Source: Mobula hypostoma (Eukaryota). From it: a DNA stretch of 64,000 bases. The notes under the pieces are model-generated. The model saw only the letters and a list, made by a program, of their open reading frames with translations. It was not told the origin of the DNA and made no database searches. Numbering within the stretch: position 1 is the stretch's first letter; each line of letters starts with the position of its first letter. The stretch covers positions 13,828,001-13,892,000 of the forward strand of contig NC_086118.1 in NCBI RefSeq assembly GCF_963921235.1, written 5' to 3'. Of the stretch, positions 1-13,020 are shown in pieces. The position numbers were made by a program, and so were the translations under genes.

Positions 1-931
1 GAAGGGTTTAGGTGAGGGGGTACGGAGGTCTTGGAGGATTAGGAAACACCCAGATAGGTTGGCCTATGTAGCACCTGAGGAACAGGGCGTAAGGTTTGGA
101 GAGCAATGTCACTGTTTGTACCTGGATTGGGTTTTTGTGTCTGCAGGAATGGTTGGCGAGTAATTTAGAAGTCATGAGGACATGACTAAATTTGGTGGGG
201 GGGAAGTGTAAGGGTTTTCTTGTTTTATGTTATTGCTAAGGCTAATAAAAATGGCTTCTTTGTTGTGTTAGAATAAAATGGTTTATTTGTTATGTTAACT
301 GCTGAGAAGGTGCTTCTCTCTAGCAGTTTGTTTGGGTTATAATTACTGATAAAGAGAATTGTATTCATTTGCTAACCAATTGGGATAGATGTTATACTTT
401 CTTGTGTGTCTGTAAGCTATTGCTTTTGCTGGCTTTGGGGCAGAAGGCGTGATGGGGACAGAGAGAGGAGACACGATGCAGTAAGCTGGGCGTCGGAACG
501 GACCCCGAGTGGGAGTCCGAGGCCCAGGGTCTTTGGTGAGGAGAGGAGACGAGGACAGACTCAGATGGAATGTCTGGTTGACCACCGTGGTTGGTCTCAG
601 GCAGGGGGTCGAGGAGGTTGGAGGGGATCGAATGATGGAAAGAAGACTCGGTTAATTGAGCTCCAACGGTTGTGCATGAAGTGGTTGGACTTTGATAAGT
701 TTGGCGCCTTTTACTTTGCTTTCATATTTTATCTCTGTTAATTACATAGTTCCAGTAAGATCTATAAAGTGTAATAATTTAATTGCATATGGTGTATTGT
801 CGGTTATTTGGTGGGGTGGGGTACATCACACAGCATCCACACAAACTCGATTACAGAGTTTGGCGGGCTGAAGGCTGCTCCCCCTAGACAAAAGCGAGCT
901 GAGCGAGCCTGAGGCTTACCAGGGGGCTATA
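1..931 (+). mobile_element. 3' end of a Gypsy LTR retrotransposon: integrase C-terminal tail, PPT (~194-206) and 3' LTR (207 to ~931)
   Basis: GTCATGAGGACATGACTAAATTTGGTGGGGGGGAAG|TGTAAGG matches the PPT-proximal sequence of the provirus at 16527-16562 (reverse complement). Bases 25-80 align with that element's integrase tail (reads RRSWRIRKHPDRLAYVAP). The right LTR end is approximate. Confidence 0.8.
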
Positions 932-1444
932 TACACATCAAACTGACATTATTGTTTCTTCATCATCACTGGGTCATTTTCATAGAAATTCCAATCTGAT
1001 TTAAATGTGTGGTATCTTCATTAAATGGATGGCAGTGACTCAGGAAGGCAGCTTACACCAGGTATGAACTATAAAGCCTAGCCATCAACGTTCAGCTCCT
1101 GTGAAAGAACAGATGCGATATTTTTACTGGTAGCTGTGATTATTGTACCTTACAAATTGCACATTTTACTGGAAGAACAGATTTTTAAAGTTTACGCATA
1201 GACATTTGTGCAATTTCTTAATTATCCTGGAAAAAGGTGAGGTACATGAAGATAATCAAGTTCCCAGAAATATTCTCCACTACAGTAGTACTCATTCAAT
1301 GCAGTTCTTGTACCAATAGTGTTGAAAACACTACTATTTTTCAGCCATTTCATATGTTATACTCTTGTGATATGGAAGGAGACTGCTTAGACTATTGGGT
1401 CTGGACAGGTTTTCTAAGCAATCCCATCAAGCCCACATTCGTGT

Positions 1445-1545
1445 CAACACACACAAAATGCTGGAAGAACAGGCAGCAGGCCAGGCAACATCTATGGAAA
1501 AGAGTAAATAGTCCATGTTTTGTTCCAAGACCCTTCAGCAGGACC
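1445..1545 (-). mobile_element. Short Penelope 3'-repeat fragment with decayed hammerhead motif
   Basis: Reverse complement GTCCTGCTGAAGGGTCTTGGAACAAAACATGGACT...GATGTTGCCTGGCC is homologous to 5506-5603. Confidence 0.75.
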
Positions 1546-2924
1546 CACACTCACACCTCTACAAATTTCCCAGTTACACACCAGAGAGTGAAGCCCAACT
1601 ACTACAGTTTTTGGTTAATTACCACTACAATTTGTTTTTGCCCAAATACTGCAGCTTTAGAACTTTTACTTTGATTTACTGCAAATGTAGTTATCAACAA
1701 AGCATTATGTCATCCAGAATTTTAATGGTCTTAAATAATTTGAATTGTGCAATCATTAACTTCTTCCAATTTTTTAAAGTATTGACAGTGCAAAAACACT
1801 GAAGGGGCCCAGGTTAGCACAGAGTGGTTGCAGCTGTTGCTACTAACTATTGTTTGGTAACCCTCTGGAAAGAGCTCTTCACCATAGCATATGCCAACCT
1901 ATTACGTTACATTCACACACTCCGTACCCATGGAGGAACGGAGACTATCAGTGCAAATTAAAGCTAAGCATTTGGAAATGTTCTAGAACATTCTAGTGCT
2001 TGTCTCATAGGAAATCCTCACACAAAATCAGTAAAGCTTTATATTGAGATGAATTTTGGAATGATTGTACTAAGTTTGCTGGAGGCACATTGACATTCTA
2101 CCAAACATGAAATATGTTTCTGTCATTGTTAAAGCAATGGCTTAGTTTGGTTTAGTTTGCTCCCCATAGCAACACGTTTTATACTAACCACTTTTCTATC
2201 AAGCTGATCCATATGGATTGTGTCCACACTCCATGTGCTCAGCCTCTTACTGACATTTTCTCTCATGCAGTACCCAGCATGAAAGAAAACAATGGAAAAA
2301 ATAGTATTTTTATTTTCATAGTTGTTTTTTTTTATGTTGAAATACCTCTAATGGCTTCATCTGTATATTTTTCTTTCAAGCATTATAATTCTTGTAGGCA
2401 AACATACCTGCTATCAAATGCCAGAAGCAACCTGGAAACAAAGTTGGGATGAAAGGTGTGCTATTAGTGGTTTTCTTTGAGGGACATTTTCCCAATTCCC
2501 AGCAAAATTCCCTCTGCTTCTTTGAATATGAGTAAGAACTTCCAATCTCCCTGTGGAGCATCCAATGTGAGATTAAGGGACACTTGAGAGATTTGACGGG
2601 AATTCAAAGATGAAGCATTTTTAACTGATTGCAATTCACTGCCAGTCCCATTAAATTTAATCTGAAATAGACACTTTAGATTCCTGTAGCTCTATTGGTC
2701 ACCTGTTAAAATTCAGGTGGAAGATTGCCAAATGCGCTAAAGGGCTAAAATAGTGGATGGAGGTCTCTGGCAATGAATTTCTGCTATTTACTCATTTTCT
2801 GTGATCTCCTTGTAAAAGGGTTCTATTGGTGTTGATTGTTTTGGGGAAAAGGTGCAACGGGATATGGAACCACAGTAGACAGGTGGCATTGTATTTCAGA
2901 TCAGTCATAATCCACTTGAATGGA

Positions 2925-3524
2925 TAGATAGATACTTTTTGATCCCAGAGGTAATTCAGTGTCACAGTAGCATTACAAGTGCATAGATCTACAAATATGC
3001 AAATATTAGAAGAGAAGTAAGAAAGAATTAAAAAATAAGTTACCTCAAACAGTCTAACAGGAGGGAATCATCACTTCCCTGGCTGTGGGGTTGACTGATT
3101 ATAGAGCCTAATGGCTGAGGATAAGAATGACCTCATATAGCACGCTTTGGACCAGCGCAGTTGTCTTAGTCTATTAATAAATGTGCTTCTCTGTTTGGCC
3201 AAGGTGACAAGCAGAGTGTGAGAAACATTGTCCAGAATTGCAAGGATTTTCTGTAGGGTTCTTTGTTCTACCACAGCCTCCAGTGTGTCTAGTTTGACTC
3301 CTATAACAGAGCCAGACTTTCCAATCGGTTTATTGCATCTGTTGGCATCACCTGTTTTGATGCCATTGCCCCAGCACACCACCGGATAGAAGATTGTACT
3401 GGCGACAACAAACTGGTAGAACATTTGAAGGCCTACATGCTCCAAAGGACATTAGTCTCCTCAGGATGTCGAGGCAACTCTGGCCCTTCTTGTACACAGC
3501 CTCTCTGTTGGTGCACCACTCAAA
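2925..3524 (-). mobile_element. Rex1/Babar-like LINE 3' fragment
   Basis: ORF 3071-3445 (FYQFVVASTIFYPVVCWG...SFLSSAIRLYN) resembles the Rex1 ORF2 C-terminus, followed by 3' UTR and a short-repeat tail. Confidence 0.75.
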
Positions 3525-3534
3525 TCTAATAGGT

Positions 3535-5603
3535 CCATTGTCTCCCGCACCATCACCTCAGGGGATCTCCGATCCACTGCTACCAACCTTATAGTTCCCA
3601 CACCCTGCACTTCCCGTTTCTCCCTCCTACCCAAGATCCACAAACCTGCCTGTCCAGGTAGACCCATTGTCTCAGCTTGCTCCTGCCCCACCGAACTCAT
3701 TTCTGCATACCTCGACACTGATTTATCCCCCCTATCCCACCTATGTTCATGACACCTCTCATGCTCTGAATTTTTTCAATGATTTTAAGTTCCCTGGCCC
3801 CCATCGCTTTATTTTCACCATGGATGTCCAGTCCCTACATACCTCCATCTCCCACCAGGAGGGTCTCAAAGCTCTCCACTTCTTTTTGGATTCCAGACCT
3901 AACCAGTTCCCCTCTACCACCACTCTCCTCCGTCTAGCGGAATTAGTCCTTACTCTTAATAATTTTTCCTTTGGCTCCTCCCACTTCCTCCAAACTAAAG
4001 GTGTAGCCATGGGCACCCGTATGGGTCCCAGCTATGCCTGCCTTTTTGTTGGCTTTGTGGAACAATCCATGTTCCAAGCCTATACTGGTATCCGTCCCCC
4101 ACTTTTCCTTCGCTACATCGACAGCTGCATTGGCGTTGCTTCCTGCACGCATGCTGAGCTCGTTGACTTCATTAACTTTGCCTCCAACTTTCACGCTGCC
4201 CTCAAGTTTACCTGGTCCATTTCCAAATCTTCCCTCCCCTTTCTTGATCTTTCAGTCTCTATTTCTTATCTTATCTACTTATCAGCTTATCTACTTATGT
4301 TTACTATAAGCCTACTGACTCTCACAGTTATCTGGACTATTCCTCTTCTCACCCTGTCTCTTGCAAAAATGCCATCTCCTTTTTGCAATTCCTCCGTCTC
4401 CGCCGCATCTGCTCTCAGGATGAGGCTTTTCATTCCAGGACGAAGGAGATGTCCTCCTCTTTATTGAAAGGGGCTTCCCATCCTCCACTATCAACTCTGC
4501 TCTCAAACGCATCTGTCCCATTTCACCCACATCTGCTCTCACTCCATCCTCCTGCCACCCCAGTAGGAATAGGGTTCCCCTTTTCCTCACCTACCACCCC
4601 CCAGCCTCCAGGTCCAAAATATAATTCTCCGTAACTTCTGCCACCTCCAACGGGATCCCAGCACAAAGCACATCTTTTCCTCCCCCACTCTTTCTGCTTT
4701 CCACAAGGATCGCTTCCTACACGACTCCCTTGTCCATTCGCCCCACCCCATCCCTTCCCACTAATCTCCCTCCCGGCACTTATCCTTGTAAGCGGAACAA
4801 GTGCTATACATGCCCTTACACTTCCTCCCTCACCACCATTCAGGGCCCCAGACAGTCCTTCCAGGTGAGGCGACATTTCACCTGTAAGTCGTCTGGGGTG
4901 ATATACTGTGTCCAGTGCTCCCGATGCGGCTTTCTATATATTGGCGAGACCCGACACAGGCTGGGATACCGTTTCGCTGAACACTTACGCTCTGTCCGCC
5001 AGAGAAAGCTGGATCTCCCAGTGGCCACACATTTTAATTCCATGTCCCATTCCCATTCTGATTTGTCTGTCCACGGCCTCCTCTACTGTCAAGATGAAGC
5101 CACACTCAGGTTGGAGGAACAACAGCTTATATTCTGTCTGGGTAGCCTCCAACCTGATGGCATGAACATTGACTTCTCTAACTTCTGTTAATGCCCCATC
5201 TGTTTGTTTGTTTGTTTGTTTGTTTATTTATTTTTTTCTTTCCCCCTTTTTGCTGTCTTTTTTCTCCCTCTGTCCCTCTCACTATAACTCTTTGCCTATC
5301 CTCTGGGCTTTCCCCACCCTCCCCCTTTCTTTCTCTCTGGGCTTCCCATCCCATGATCCTCTCTCTTCTCCAGCCTTGTATCCCTTTTGCCAATCAACTT
5401 TCCAGCTCTTAGCTTCATCCCTCCCCCTCCTGTCTTCTCCTATCATTTTGGATCTCTCCCCCCCCGTCCCACTTTCAAATCTCTTACTATCCCTTCTTTC
5501 AGTTCGTCCTGACGAAGGGTCTCAGCCTGAAACGTCGACTGTACCTCTTCCTAGAGATGCTGCCTGGCCTGCAGCGTTCATCAGCATTATTTGTGTGTGT
5601 TGC
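3535..5603 (+). mobile_element. Penelope-like element (Neptune-type), 5'-truncated, frameshifted RT + GIY-YIG
   Basis: RT motifs (GVAMGTRMGPSYA; LRYIDS, i.e. DD mutated), Cys linker CKRNKCYTC, GIY-YIG (VIYC...YIGET). Closely similar to 31510-33573. TCTAATAGGT occurs at 3525-3534 and 5607-5616 (probable TSD). Confidence 0.93.
5506..5540 (+). ncRNA. Minimal type I hammerhead ribozyme motif, intact core; predicted cleavage after C5536
   Basis: GTC-CTGACGA-A-GGGT CTCA GCCT-GAAA-CG-TC^-GAC: both conserved core boxes, stem I GTC/GAC, stem II, loopless ACGT stem III. Confidence 0.8.
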
Positions 5604-5769
5604 AGGTCTAATAGGTAATAGGTTTAAGACGCTAAATATCTTCGAATTTTTCTGTGTCATTATGCGTGCATATTCTTCAATTATTGTATAGAGCAGTCAA
5701 ATCTATCCATAATCTCTGCCAAGCATGATAGATAGACTTTACATGGGATGTGAATCATGCTTAGATGCC

Positions 5770-6075
5770 CAAGAACACAGGAATATACAAGACAATGAGA
5801 CCAGGAGTAGACCAAACCTCCCCCACCGTTTAATATGATCATGGCTGACATACCCCAGGCCTCAACTCATGTTTTGCATCAGGTCCACATAGTCTCCAGT
5901 CCTCAACCTTTCAAATATTTATCAACCTCAACTTGAAATACTTCTAAAAAGTTATCCTCCACAGAGAGCAGAGAAGAGATTTCCAGTGATACTCTGCTTT
6001 CTGCACTGAAACATTTCTATGGAACTTGGCTGCAAGTGACAGGCTCCTTATCTTGAGGCTATAGTCTTGGAACAG
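5770..6075 (-). mobile_element. Old CR1-like LINE 3' fragment
   Basis: Degenerate similarity to the 3' end of the CR1 at 6275-6600 (caggagtagacca..., atgatcatggctga). Confidence 0.55.
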
Positions 6076-6274
6076 AAGAAATTTTCAATGTTGTATCTTA
6101 ATTATCAGGTGTGTCAGTAAGCATTAACAGGACCTTTGAAATTTGTGGCTCAATGTGACCTTGCTGTTGAGCGCAATTCAATAGAATACTCTTTTGAAGC
6201 ACAATTTTTTAATATTATTCTCATCCCAACAATTTATTGTCTTGACCACTGAAGTCCTGAACCCATAGTGTTTT

Positions 6275-7558
6275 AGAAACATAGAAAATAGGTGCAGGAG
6301 TAGGCCATTCGGCCCTTCGAGCCTGCACCGCCACTTATTATGATCATGGCTGATCATCCAACTCAGAACCCAGCCTTCCCTCCATACCCCCTGACCCCGT
6401 AGCCACAAGGGCCATATCTAACTTCCTCTTAAACACAGCCAATGAACCGGCCTCAACAGTTTGCTGTGGCAGAGAATTCCACAGATTCACCACTCTCTGT
6501 GTGAAGAAGTTTTTCCTAATCTCGGTCCTAAAAGGCTTCCTCTCTATCCTCAAACTGTGACCCCTCGTTCTGGACCTCCCCAACATCGGGAACAATCTTC
6601 CCGCATCTAGCCTGTCCAATCCCTTTAGGATCTTATACGTTTCAATCAGATCCCCCCTCAATCTTCTAAATTCCAACGAGTACAAGCCCAGTTCATCCAG
6701 TCTTTCTTCATATGAAAGACCTGCCATCCCAGGAATCAATCTGGTGAACCTTCTTTGTACTCCCTCTATGGCAAAGATGTCTTTCCTCAGATTAGGGGAC
6801 CAAAACTGCACACAATACTCCAGGTGTGGTCTCACCAAGGCCTTGTACAACTGCAGTAGTACCTCCCTGCTCCTGTACTCGAATCCTCTCGCTATAAATG
6901 CCAGCATACCGTTCGCCTTTTTCACCGCCTGCTGTACCTGCATGCCCACTTTCAATGACTGGTGTATAATGACACCCAGGTCTCGTTGCACCTCCCCTTT
7001 TCCTAATCGGCCACCATTCAGATAATAATCTGTTTTCCTATTTTTGCCACCAAAGTGGATAACTTCACATTTATCCACATTAAATTGCATCTGCCATGAG
7101 TTTGCCCACTCACCCAACCTATCCAAGTCACCCTGCATCCTCTTAGCATCCTCCTCACTGCTAACACTGCCACCCAGCTTCGTGTCATCCGCAAACTTGG
7201 AGATGCTGCATTTAATTCCCTCATCCAAGTCATTAATATATATTGTAAACAACTGGGGTCCCAGCACTGAGCCTTGCGGTACCCCACTAGTCACCGCCTG
7301 CCATTCTGAAAAGGTCCCGTTTATTCCCACTCTTTGCTTCCTGTCTGCTAACCAATTCTCCACCCACACCAATACCTTACCCCCAATACCGTGTGCTTTA
7401 AGTTTGCACACTAATCTCCTGTGTGGGACCTTGTCAAAAGCCTTTTGAAAATCCAAATATACCACATCCACTGGTTCTCCCCTATCCACTCTACTAGTTA
7501 CATCCTCAAAAAATTCTATGAGATTCGTCAGACATGATTTTCCTTTCACAAATCCATG
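6275..7558 (-). mobile_element. Young CR1 (HER1-like) LINE, 5'-truncated
   Basis: RT ORF followed by a CR1-type 3' end GAAGGGCCGAATGGCCTACTCCTGCACCTATTTTCTATGTTTCTA. Confidence 0.93.
6344..7558 (-). pseudogene. CR1 ORF2 reverse transcriptase + C-terminal domain (stop-free, 5'-truncated)
   Basis: HGFVKGKSCLTNL, YLDFQKAFDKV, GVPQGSVLGP, KFADD, LVRPHLEYCVQFW. The first ~15 aa of ORF-track entry 6344-7603 are flanking DNA. Confidence 0.9.
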
Positions 7559-8496
7559 AAGTGCAAAGCATTTTATTAGTAAATAATTCATCATTATGGA
7601 CAAATTTCCCAGAATGCTTTTGGCTAGTAGCCAAAATTACTTATGCAAGTCAAGTCTGGAATCTAAACACATCATGAATAGTTTACAACTATGTAACCTA
7701 ATAAAGGAAACATAGTCCTGTGAGAGTTAAAGATTTCATTTTATTTTAATTAGTATTTTATCTAGAGTCATGAAAAAATGGAGTACTGTGCATTTTAGGA
7801 TGAATATATATTCTTAAGATAATTATTTTACATAAAATTTTGTAAGTTTAATTGATCTATGCTATATTTCGCAATTTGTCATATGTTCTGGCAATATGCA
7901 GCTATAAGTGTTTCTCCTTCACACAGTAAGAGGATGCAAAGTATGGTGGGTTTCTCAAATAAATTATGTGTAGATGAAGTTGTTTAAATTGAATGATTGT
8001 CAACTCAAAAGTTCACCAAGACTGTCCCAGAAATGAACTTTGTTTTCCCAATGGAACTTCTTTGATAAAGAAACATTTTCTTTTTACCCTTGCAAGCCGC
8101 ATGTGTTGAAGCATTTACTCCACTTCATTTATACCCAGTACTCAAGCTTTTGGGCCATTTTTGTTCTCGAGTCTCTTTTCCCTTACCCACAGCTTTGTTA
8201 TGGTTTCCAACCGGATTCTCTGAAAGTCCCCCACTCCTCTTGCATTGGACACTACTCAACTGGTTGGCATTGGTTGAAGATATGACACTGAAGCTATCAT
8301 CTAACATTCGAGGGAGGGTTGATGGTGGTTATGGTATTAGCATTGAGACTATTCCACTCACATTAGATGTAAGTACCCATGTGGATGACAATCCAAAATT
8401 TAGGCTGTAATATGTAATAAGGAATGTGTAATGTATGGATCTATTTCTTTTAGCCCAATGACTCCCCTTCGTGCTAATTATTGACTGATAACTTAT

Positions 8497-8695
8497 GAAG
8501 AAGAAGAAAGAGGAGTCATCAGAACGCCATCATGACGTCGTTTTTTTAGAAGGCTTTCTTATTTTTACGAGGCCGAGTTGCTAGCTAGACGCTCAACCCA
8601 GGATGGATGGAAAGTGTGCAAGGGGGCTGGCTGGATTCGAACTGGGGAACCTTCACTCCAAAGTCTGGCGCTGATGCCACTACGCCGCCAGCCGG
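8497..8695 (-). mobile_element. tRNA-derived SINE with intact Pol III boxes and (TTC)n tail
   Basis: A box TGGCGGCGTAGTGG (8677-8690), B box GTTCGAATCC (8633-8642), unrelated body, TCTTTCTTCTTCTTC tail. Confidence 0.8.
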
Positions 8696-11600
8696 TGATA
8701 ATGCATGCACACTAATTTGTTGCTCTCTCTGCAGAGTGAATATGCACCTTAACTTCTGCTCATTTCTTTGATATTCAATAACTTTTTCCATCTGGTGATC
8801 ATATGCTTTTTCTTCATTATGTCAGTGACACCACTTTTGCGTGCTGTCAGAAAGTCCATCTGCGCTTGCGTTACAATAGGAAATGTTGTGGAGCTGAATA
8901 GAATCTACAAAAGAATTGATGAAGTGACTGGATTCGTGAAAGTCAATGGGCACGTTTGAATGTGAGAGAGATGTTCTGATTAAAGATTGAACCTGTACAT
9001 ATTTTCCATACAACAGGAATTCTGCAGATGCTGGAAATTCAAGCAACATACATTTTCCATTATGCCTGTACCTCATCCAACTTGTGCACATGGCAGTCAA
9101 TCCATCTTGACTTGAACTGACAAGTGTACCAGCAATGTGTGAGTGTGCAAAGAAAAGAAGAGAACAGATAGACAGGAAGCAATTCAAAGCTAAAATGCAC
9201 TAAGAGGTACAGTAAAGCAAAGTGATTAGTAAACCAGAATGAGGAGACTAAATGTAAATCCTATGTTGCCCTTAAATCCTCAGTGAAATGTCTCTTCCCC
9301 AACTATCCTGCTTTTAATCTTGATAATAACAAACCAGTTCACAAGCTGATCCAGCTATGATTTCTAAACACTTCGTGCATTCCCCAGTTGACTGTACCTA
9401 GTCTTTCATCTTTCATGTTTCTATCAGAAATCATTTCTTTTATACTCCAGTTTTACAGCCTCAAGGAGCAAGTTAATCACTTATGTGCTAGTGACACTAA
9501 GCACCACATGTTCTGAGCATGTATTGGGATTTTGAATGCACTCCCAATTTATGAGACTATCCTTTTCATTCATAAATTACTAGTTTGAACCATCTGTAGC
9601 TGGTAGAATAGCATCTGAGCCAAGAGTGTTAAAAATGAAGATCTCTCACATTTATAGCATAGGTGAACTTCTAATACTAAGCATAGATCATCAGACTTAA
9701 AATATTAATCATTATTTACAAATTCTCACTTGTTTCAATCTTTGAAACCCATACAACCAAAAATATTTCATTATCTCATATTAGTCATCTCAAATCTGCA
9801 TCTGCTTGTCTTTTACTAAAACAATGTTTTTCTAGTAATGGAAGTTGCGACAGATATGTTAACCCCTTTTAGTAGTACTGATAGGTCCATTTTATCTCTC
9901 GTTTTTAACATTTATACATCCAAGTTACATTCAGTTCAAGATCTTCAAGTATACTGTCCTTTTGCTTTCAGAAGTACAGCATCACCCTGATGAATAACAG
10001 CTCGTTATCACTGTGCTGCACAAAGTTATTTTTGCTGTTTTCCCTACTGTCATTGCAGGAGCTATTTCTATCCAAGGGCTAAGTCTGTGTCCCTTTGATC
10101 TTGCAGCAATGCTGTTGATTTTTGACCAGCAAATCGCTCTTGCACCTGTTTTAGCTTATGTCACGGTTTTTCTCTCTGTATGTTTTTTTGAGTTAAAAAA
10201 ATCTATCTGATTTCTGACAGATTAGTTCAGGTCAGTGCTTATGGCTGAGTCTGCACATGAATTTGCAACTCATAGATAATCACCTTTAGTTGATGAAGCT
10301 AACTTAATAAATTAGCTTCAGTAGAACTGAAGAGCAGTGCAGCATCATCAAATCCTGCAGAAGAGTTTATTCAATTCATAGTGTTTGTGCTGAATCTTGA
10401 AAAACAATAATTAATCCAAAACCACTATCCTTTCTGTTAACTCTGCAAATTTCTCCTTGTCACATATTTATTCATGTTATATTTGAAATTTACTATTGAA
10501 TCTGTTTCTATAGTTCATTCAGTTAGGTAGTTCAGGTTTACTTTAAAATTCTCTGTCAAATATTTATTCTCTTCATGGTTAAAGGTTATTTTCTGATATC
10601 TGCCAACATATGTGATATTTTCTTATCCAAAAACAGTGAAATTTAATTTACTACTGGGAGACGACTTTTCCATCTAACTATTCATAAAATTTCAAGCTTC
10701 TGCCAAGTTGACTGGCATTATTAATAAAGATACTAATAGCTTTGGAAAACTTTGACACAATATCTAAAAAAATAGCAATAAAAGAGAATCTGTTGTTCAT
10801 AACATGTCCCTAAGATCTACAAAAGTCTTACCTTGTCAGAGCACATCTGAAGAACAATTCCTCTCAGAGCATTCTCCTGTGTTTCCTCTTAAGGACCTGC
10901 ACAGCATGTTGGGATATATATTCTTACCAATATTTAAATACCTTACTTTCATGTTCTTTTATATCTGAAAAGAATGAGAAAAGAAATTTAAATGGGCAAG
11001 CTCCTATGCAGCTACCTAACATAACTGATATAGATGTTAAGGTTAGAACATATTTTATTGATTATAAATAGTTTACCGGTAGTTTTAAGATATTATTGGT
11101 CAGACTTGTGTCTATTGTAGTTCACAGTTCTTGGCAGGACAAGTGAACATCCCAGATCTAACCATTGATTCTTCTCCAAAGAGTATTCAACTAGTGACGT
11201 AAGTTGCAACAGATATTCAGATAGCAGGAGTCACAGTAATGACTGACATGAATTAAATCAGATATTTAAATCGTACCCCCCGCCCCCCCAAAAAGTAGGC
11301 TACCATCGGTACAGTATTAAGAAACAATGTAAGTAATGTAGGATTTGGATTCTCAGTCTTAAAGTGATCACAAAACTTAAGGAGAAATTACTTAATAGAT
11401 ATGGATGGACAAGTTTAATATCAATCTTTAAAATATTACATACCCAGGTAATAAAAATGGAAGTTATTTTATCTGAAGTTTAATTACACAAACAAAAAAG
11501 ACAATAAAACGGTGCAAACATGAAAAGATGTTCTGGGGTCTAGAATCTCCACAGTGCAGTGCATCAATTGTGACTTCTATGCCATTGAACTTTATCCACA

Positions 11601-11869
11601 CATCCAGCACCTAAACATAATCATGTACTCTGTGTCTTCATGGTGCAGCAGCAGAAATTTGAACCGATCCCGGGATGTGTGTGACACATTAACCCACAGA
11701 GTCTGCGGGGAGTGTACAGTGGTATCGGCAATGATGGAATTCACTGGGGAGACAGTGATGTAGGTGAAGGTGCACCTGCTGTATAGCTCTACTGGAAAGT
11801 CCTTGATATTGATTTTGGAAGCTGCCTGTATGGCGGATGCTCGATCTTCTGTGACTACTGGGTGCTTTG

Positions 11870-12080
11870 CTTTGTTGCACAACCCAAAACAATGCTGGTA
11901 GGTTAATTGGCTCTTGTAAATTACCCCTAATTTGGGTGGGTGCAGATCAATCATGGACAGTTGATGAGCACATGAGACAGAATAGTTTAGAGGAAAATTA
12001 TTGAGGGAAAGAGAATGATGAAAATGCTCTGAAATCCAGCATAGAGTCAATGGACCAAATGGCTCTGTCTGTGGTGTAAG
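11870..12080 (+). mobile_element. Decayed V-SINE (HE1-like) 3' part
   Basis: GGTAGGTTAATTGGC...TGTAAATTACCCCTA core and a CR1-like tail (TGGACCAAATGGC...TGTAAG). Confidence 0.55.
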
Positions 12081-12164
12081 AAAATGTGGGGAATATGTCT
12101 TGATGTTGCTTGTGAAGTGCTTTGCTGTGCAGACAAAGTTTCAAGAGGACTACTGGAACAAAAC

Positions 12165-12790
12165 TGGAGAGTTGAAGTCTGGTCAGTGCTAGTTCAATCA
12201 TAGAACAGCAGAATGGTAACGTCACAAGAGGAAATCATTGGCCTGTTGCTCTTCAGTACAATCAACCAGAATGCTTTCCACTGTACATCTGTGGAAGTTT
12301 CTGAAAGACTTCGATGACATGGCGAATCTCCTTAAATTTCTATGAAAGTAGAGATGTTGGTCCACCTTCTTCATGGTTGTGTCTATGTGCTGGTCCCAGG
12401 ATAGATCCTCTGAGAGGGTGGTGAGGGTCAATGAGACTGCGCCAACAACGAGGACTAGATGGACCATGGGGCCAAGTCTCTTCTGTAGTACTACATGGCT
12501 CCATGATTCTAAATATAATGGAAACTTGAGGCTACTCACACTTTCCACCACTGACCCTTCAGTTAGAACTGGTGCGTGTTTCAGTGACTTCCCTTTCCTA
12601 TACTTCACAATAAGTTCTTTGGTTTTGCTAGTGTTGAGTGCAAAGTTGTCACAACACCACTCAACCAACTGACCTTTCTCACATCTGTACACCTCCTCAT
12701 CAATATCTGTGATTGCGCTAATAACAGTGGCATCATCAGCGAATTTACAGATGGTCTTAGAGCTGTGCTCAGCTGCTCAGTCATTAATAT
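12165..12790 (-). mobile_element. Rex1/Babar-like LINE RT fragment interrupted by a short CR1/SINE tail (~12420-12515)
   Basis: ORF fragments LVEWCCDNFALNTSKTKELIV, LSEDLSW, FHRCTVESIL. Confidence 0.75.
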
Positions 12791-12799
12791 AGAGAAAAT

Positions 12800-13020
12800 G
12801 GCACAGGGAATCATTTAAAACTGAGGTGTATAGCAATTTCTTCTAGCAAAGGGTGGTGAATCTCTAGAATTTAATAGCCCAGAGGCTAAATCATTGTGCG
12901 TACAAAGAGGAAATGGATAATTTTTTGCAGAACAAGGGAAATGAGAGCATTGAGTATTGACATGGAACAGGAGATGAGGCCTGAGGCAGGTCAACTGTGA
13001 CCAGGTGGAACGGTGGGGTT
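12800..13020 (+). mobile_element. Old CR1-like 3' fragment
   Basis: TTTAAAACTGAGGTG...TTTCTTC...AGGGTGGTGAATCTC resembles the CR1 ORF2 end (F..RVVNL). Confidence 0.6.

Noticed and set aside
8090..8410. 106-aa ORF in unique sequence (also 11592-12050 and 1237-1674)
   Set aside because: No recognisable domain, non-ATG starts, and lengths compatible with chance; some overlap repeat fragments.
8625..8695. Possible tRNA gene
   Set aside because: A and B boxes are present, but I could not form a convincing cloverleaf and it continues into a SINE body and tail.
10295..10320. Hairpin GAAGCTAA...TTAGCTTC as a possible miRNA or terminator
   Set aside because: The stem is only about 9 bp, too short for a pre-miRNA and expected by chance in 64 kb.
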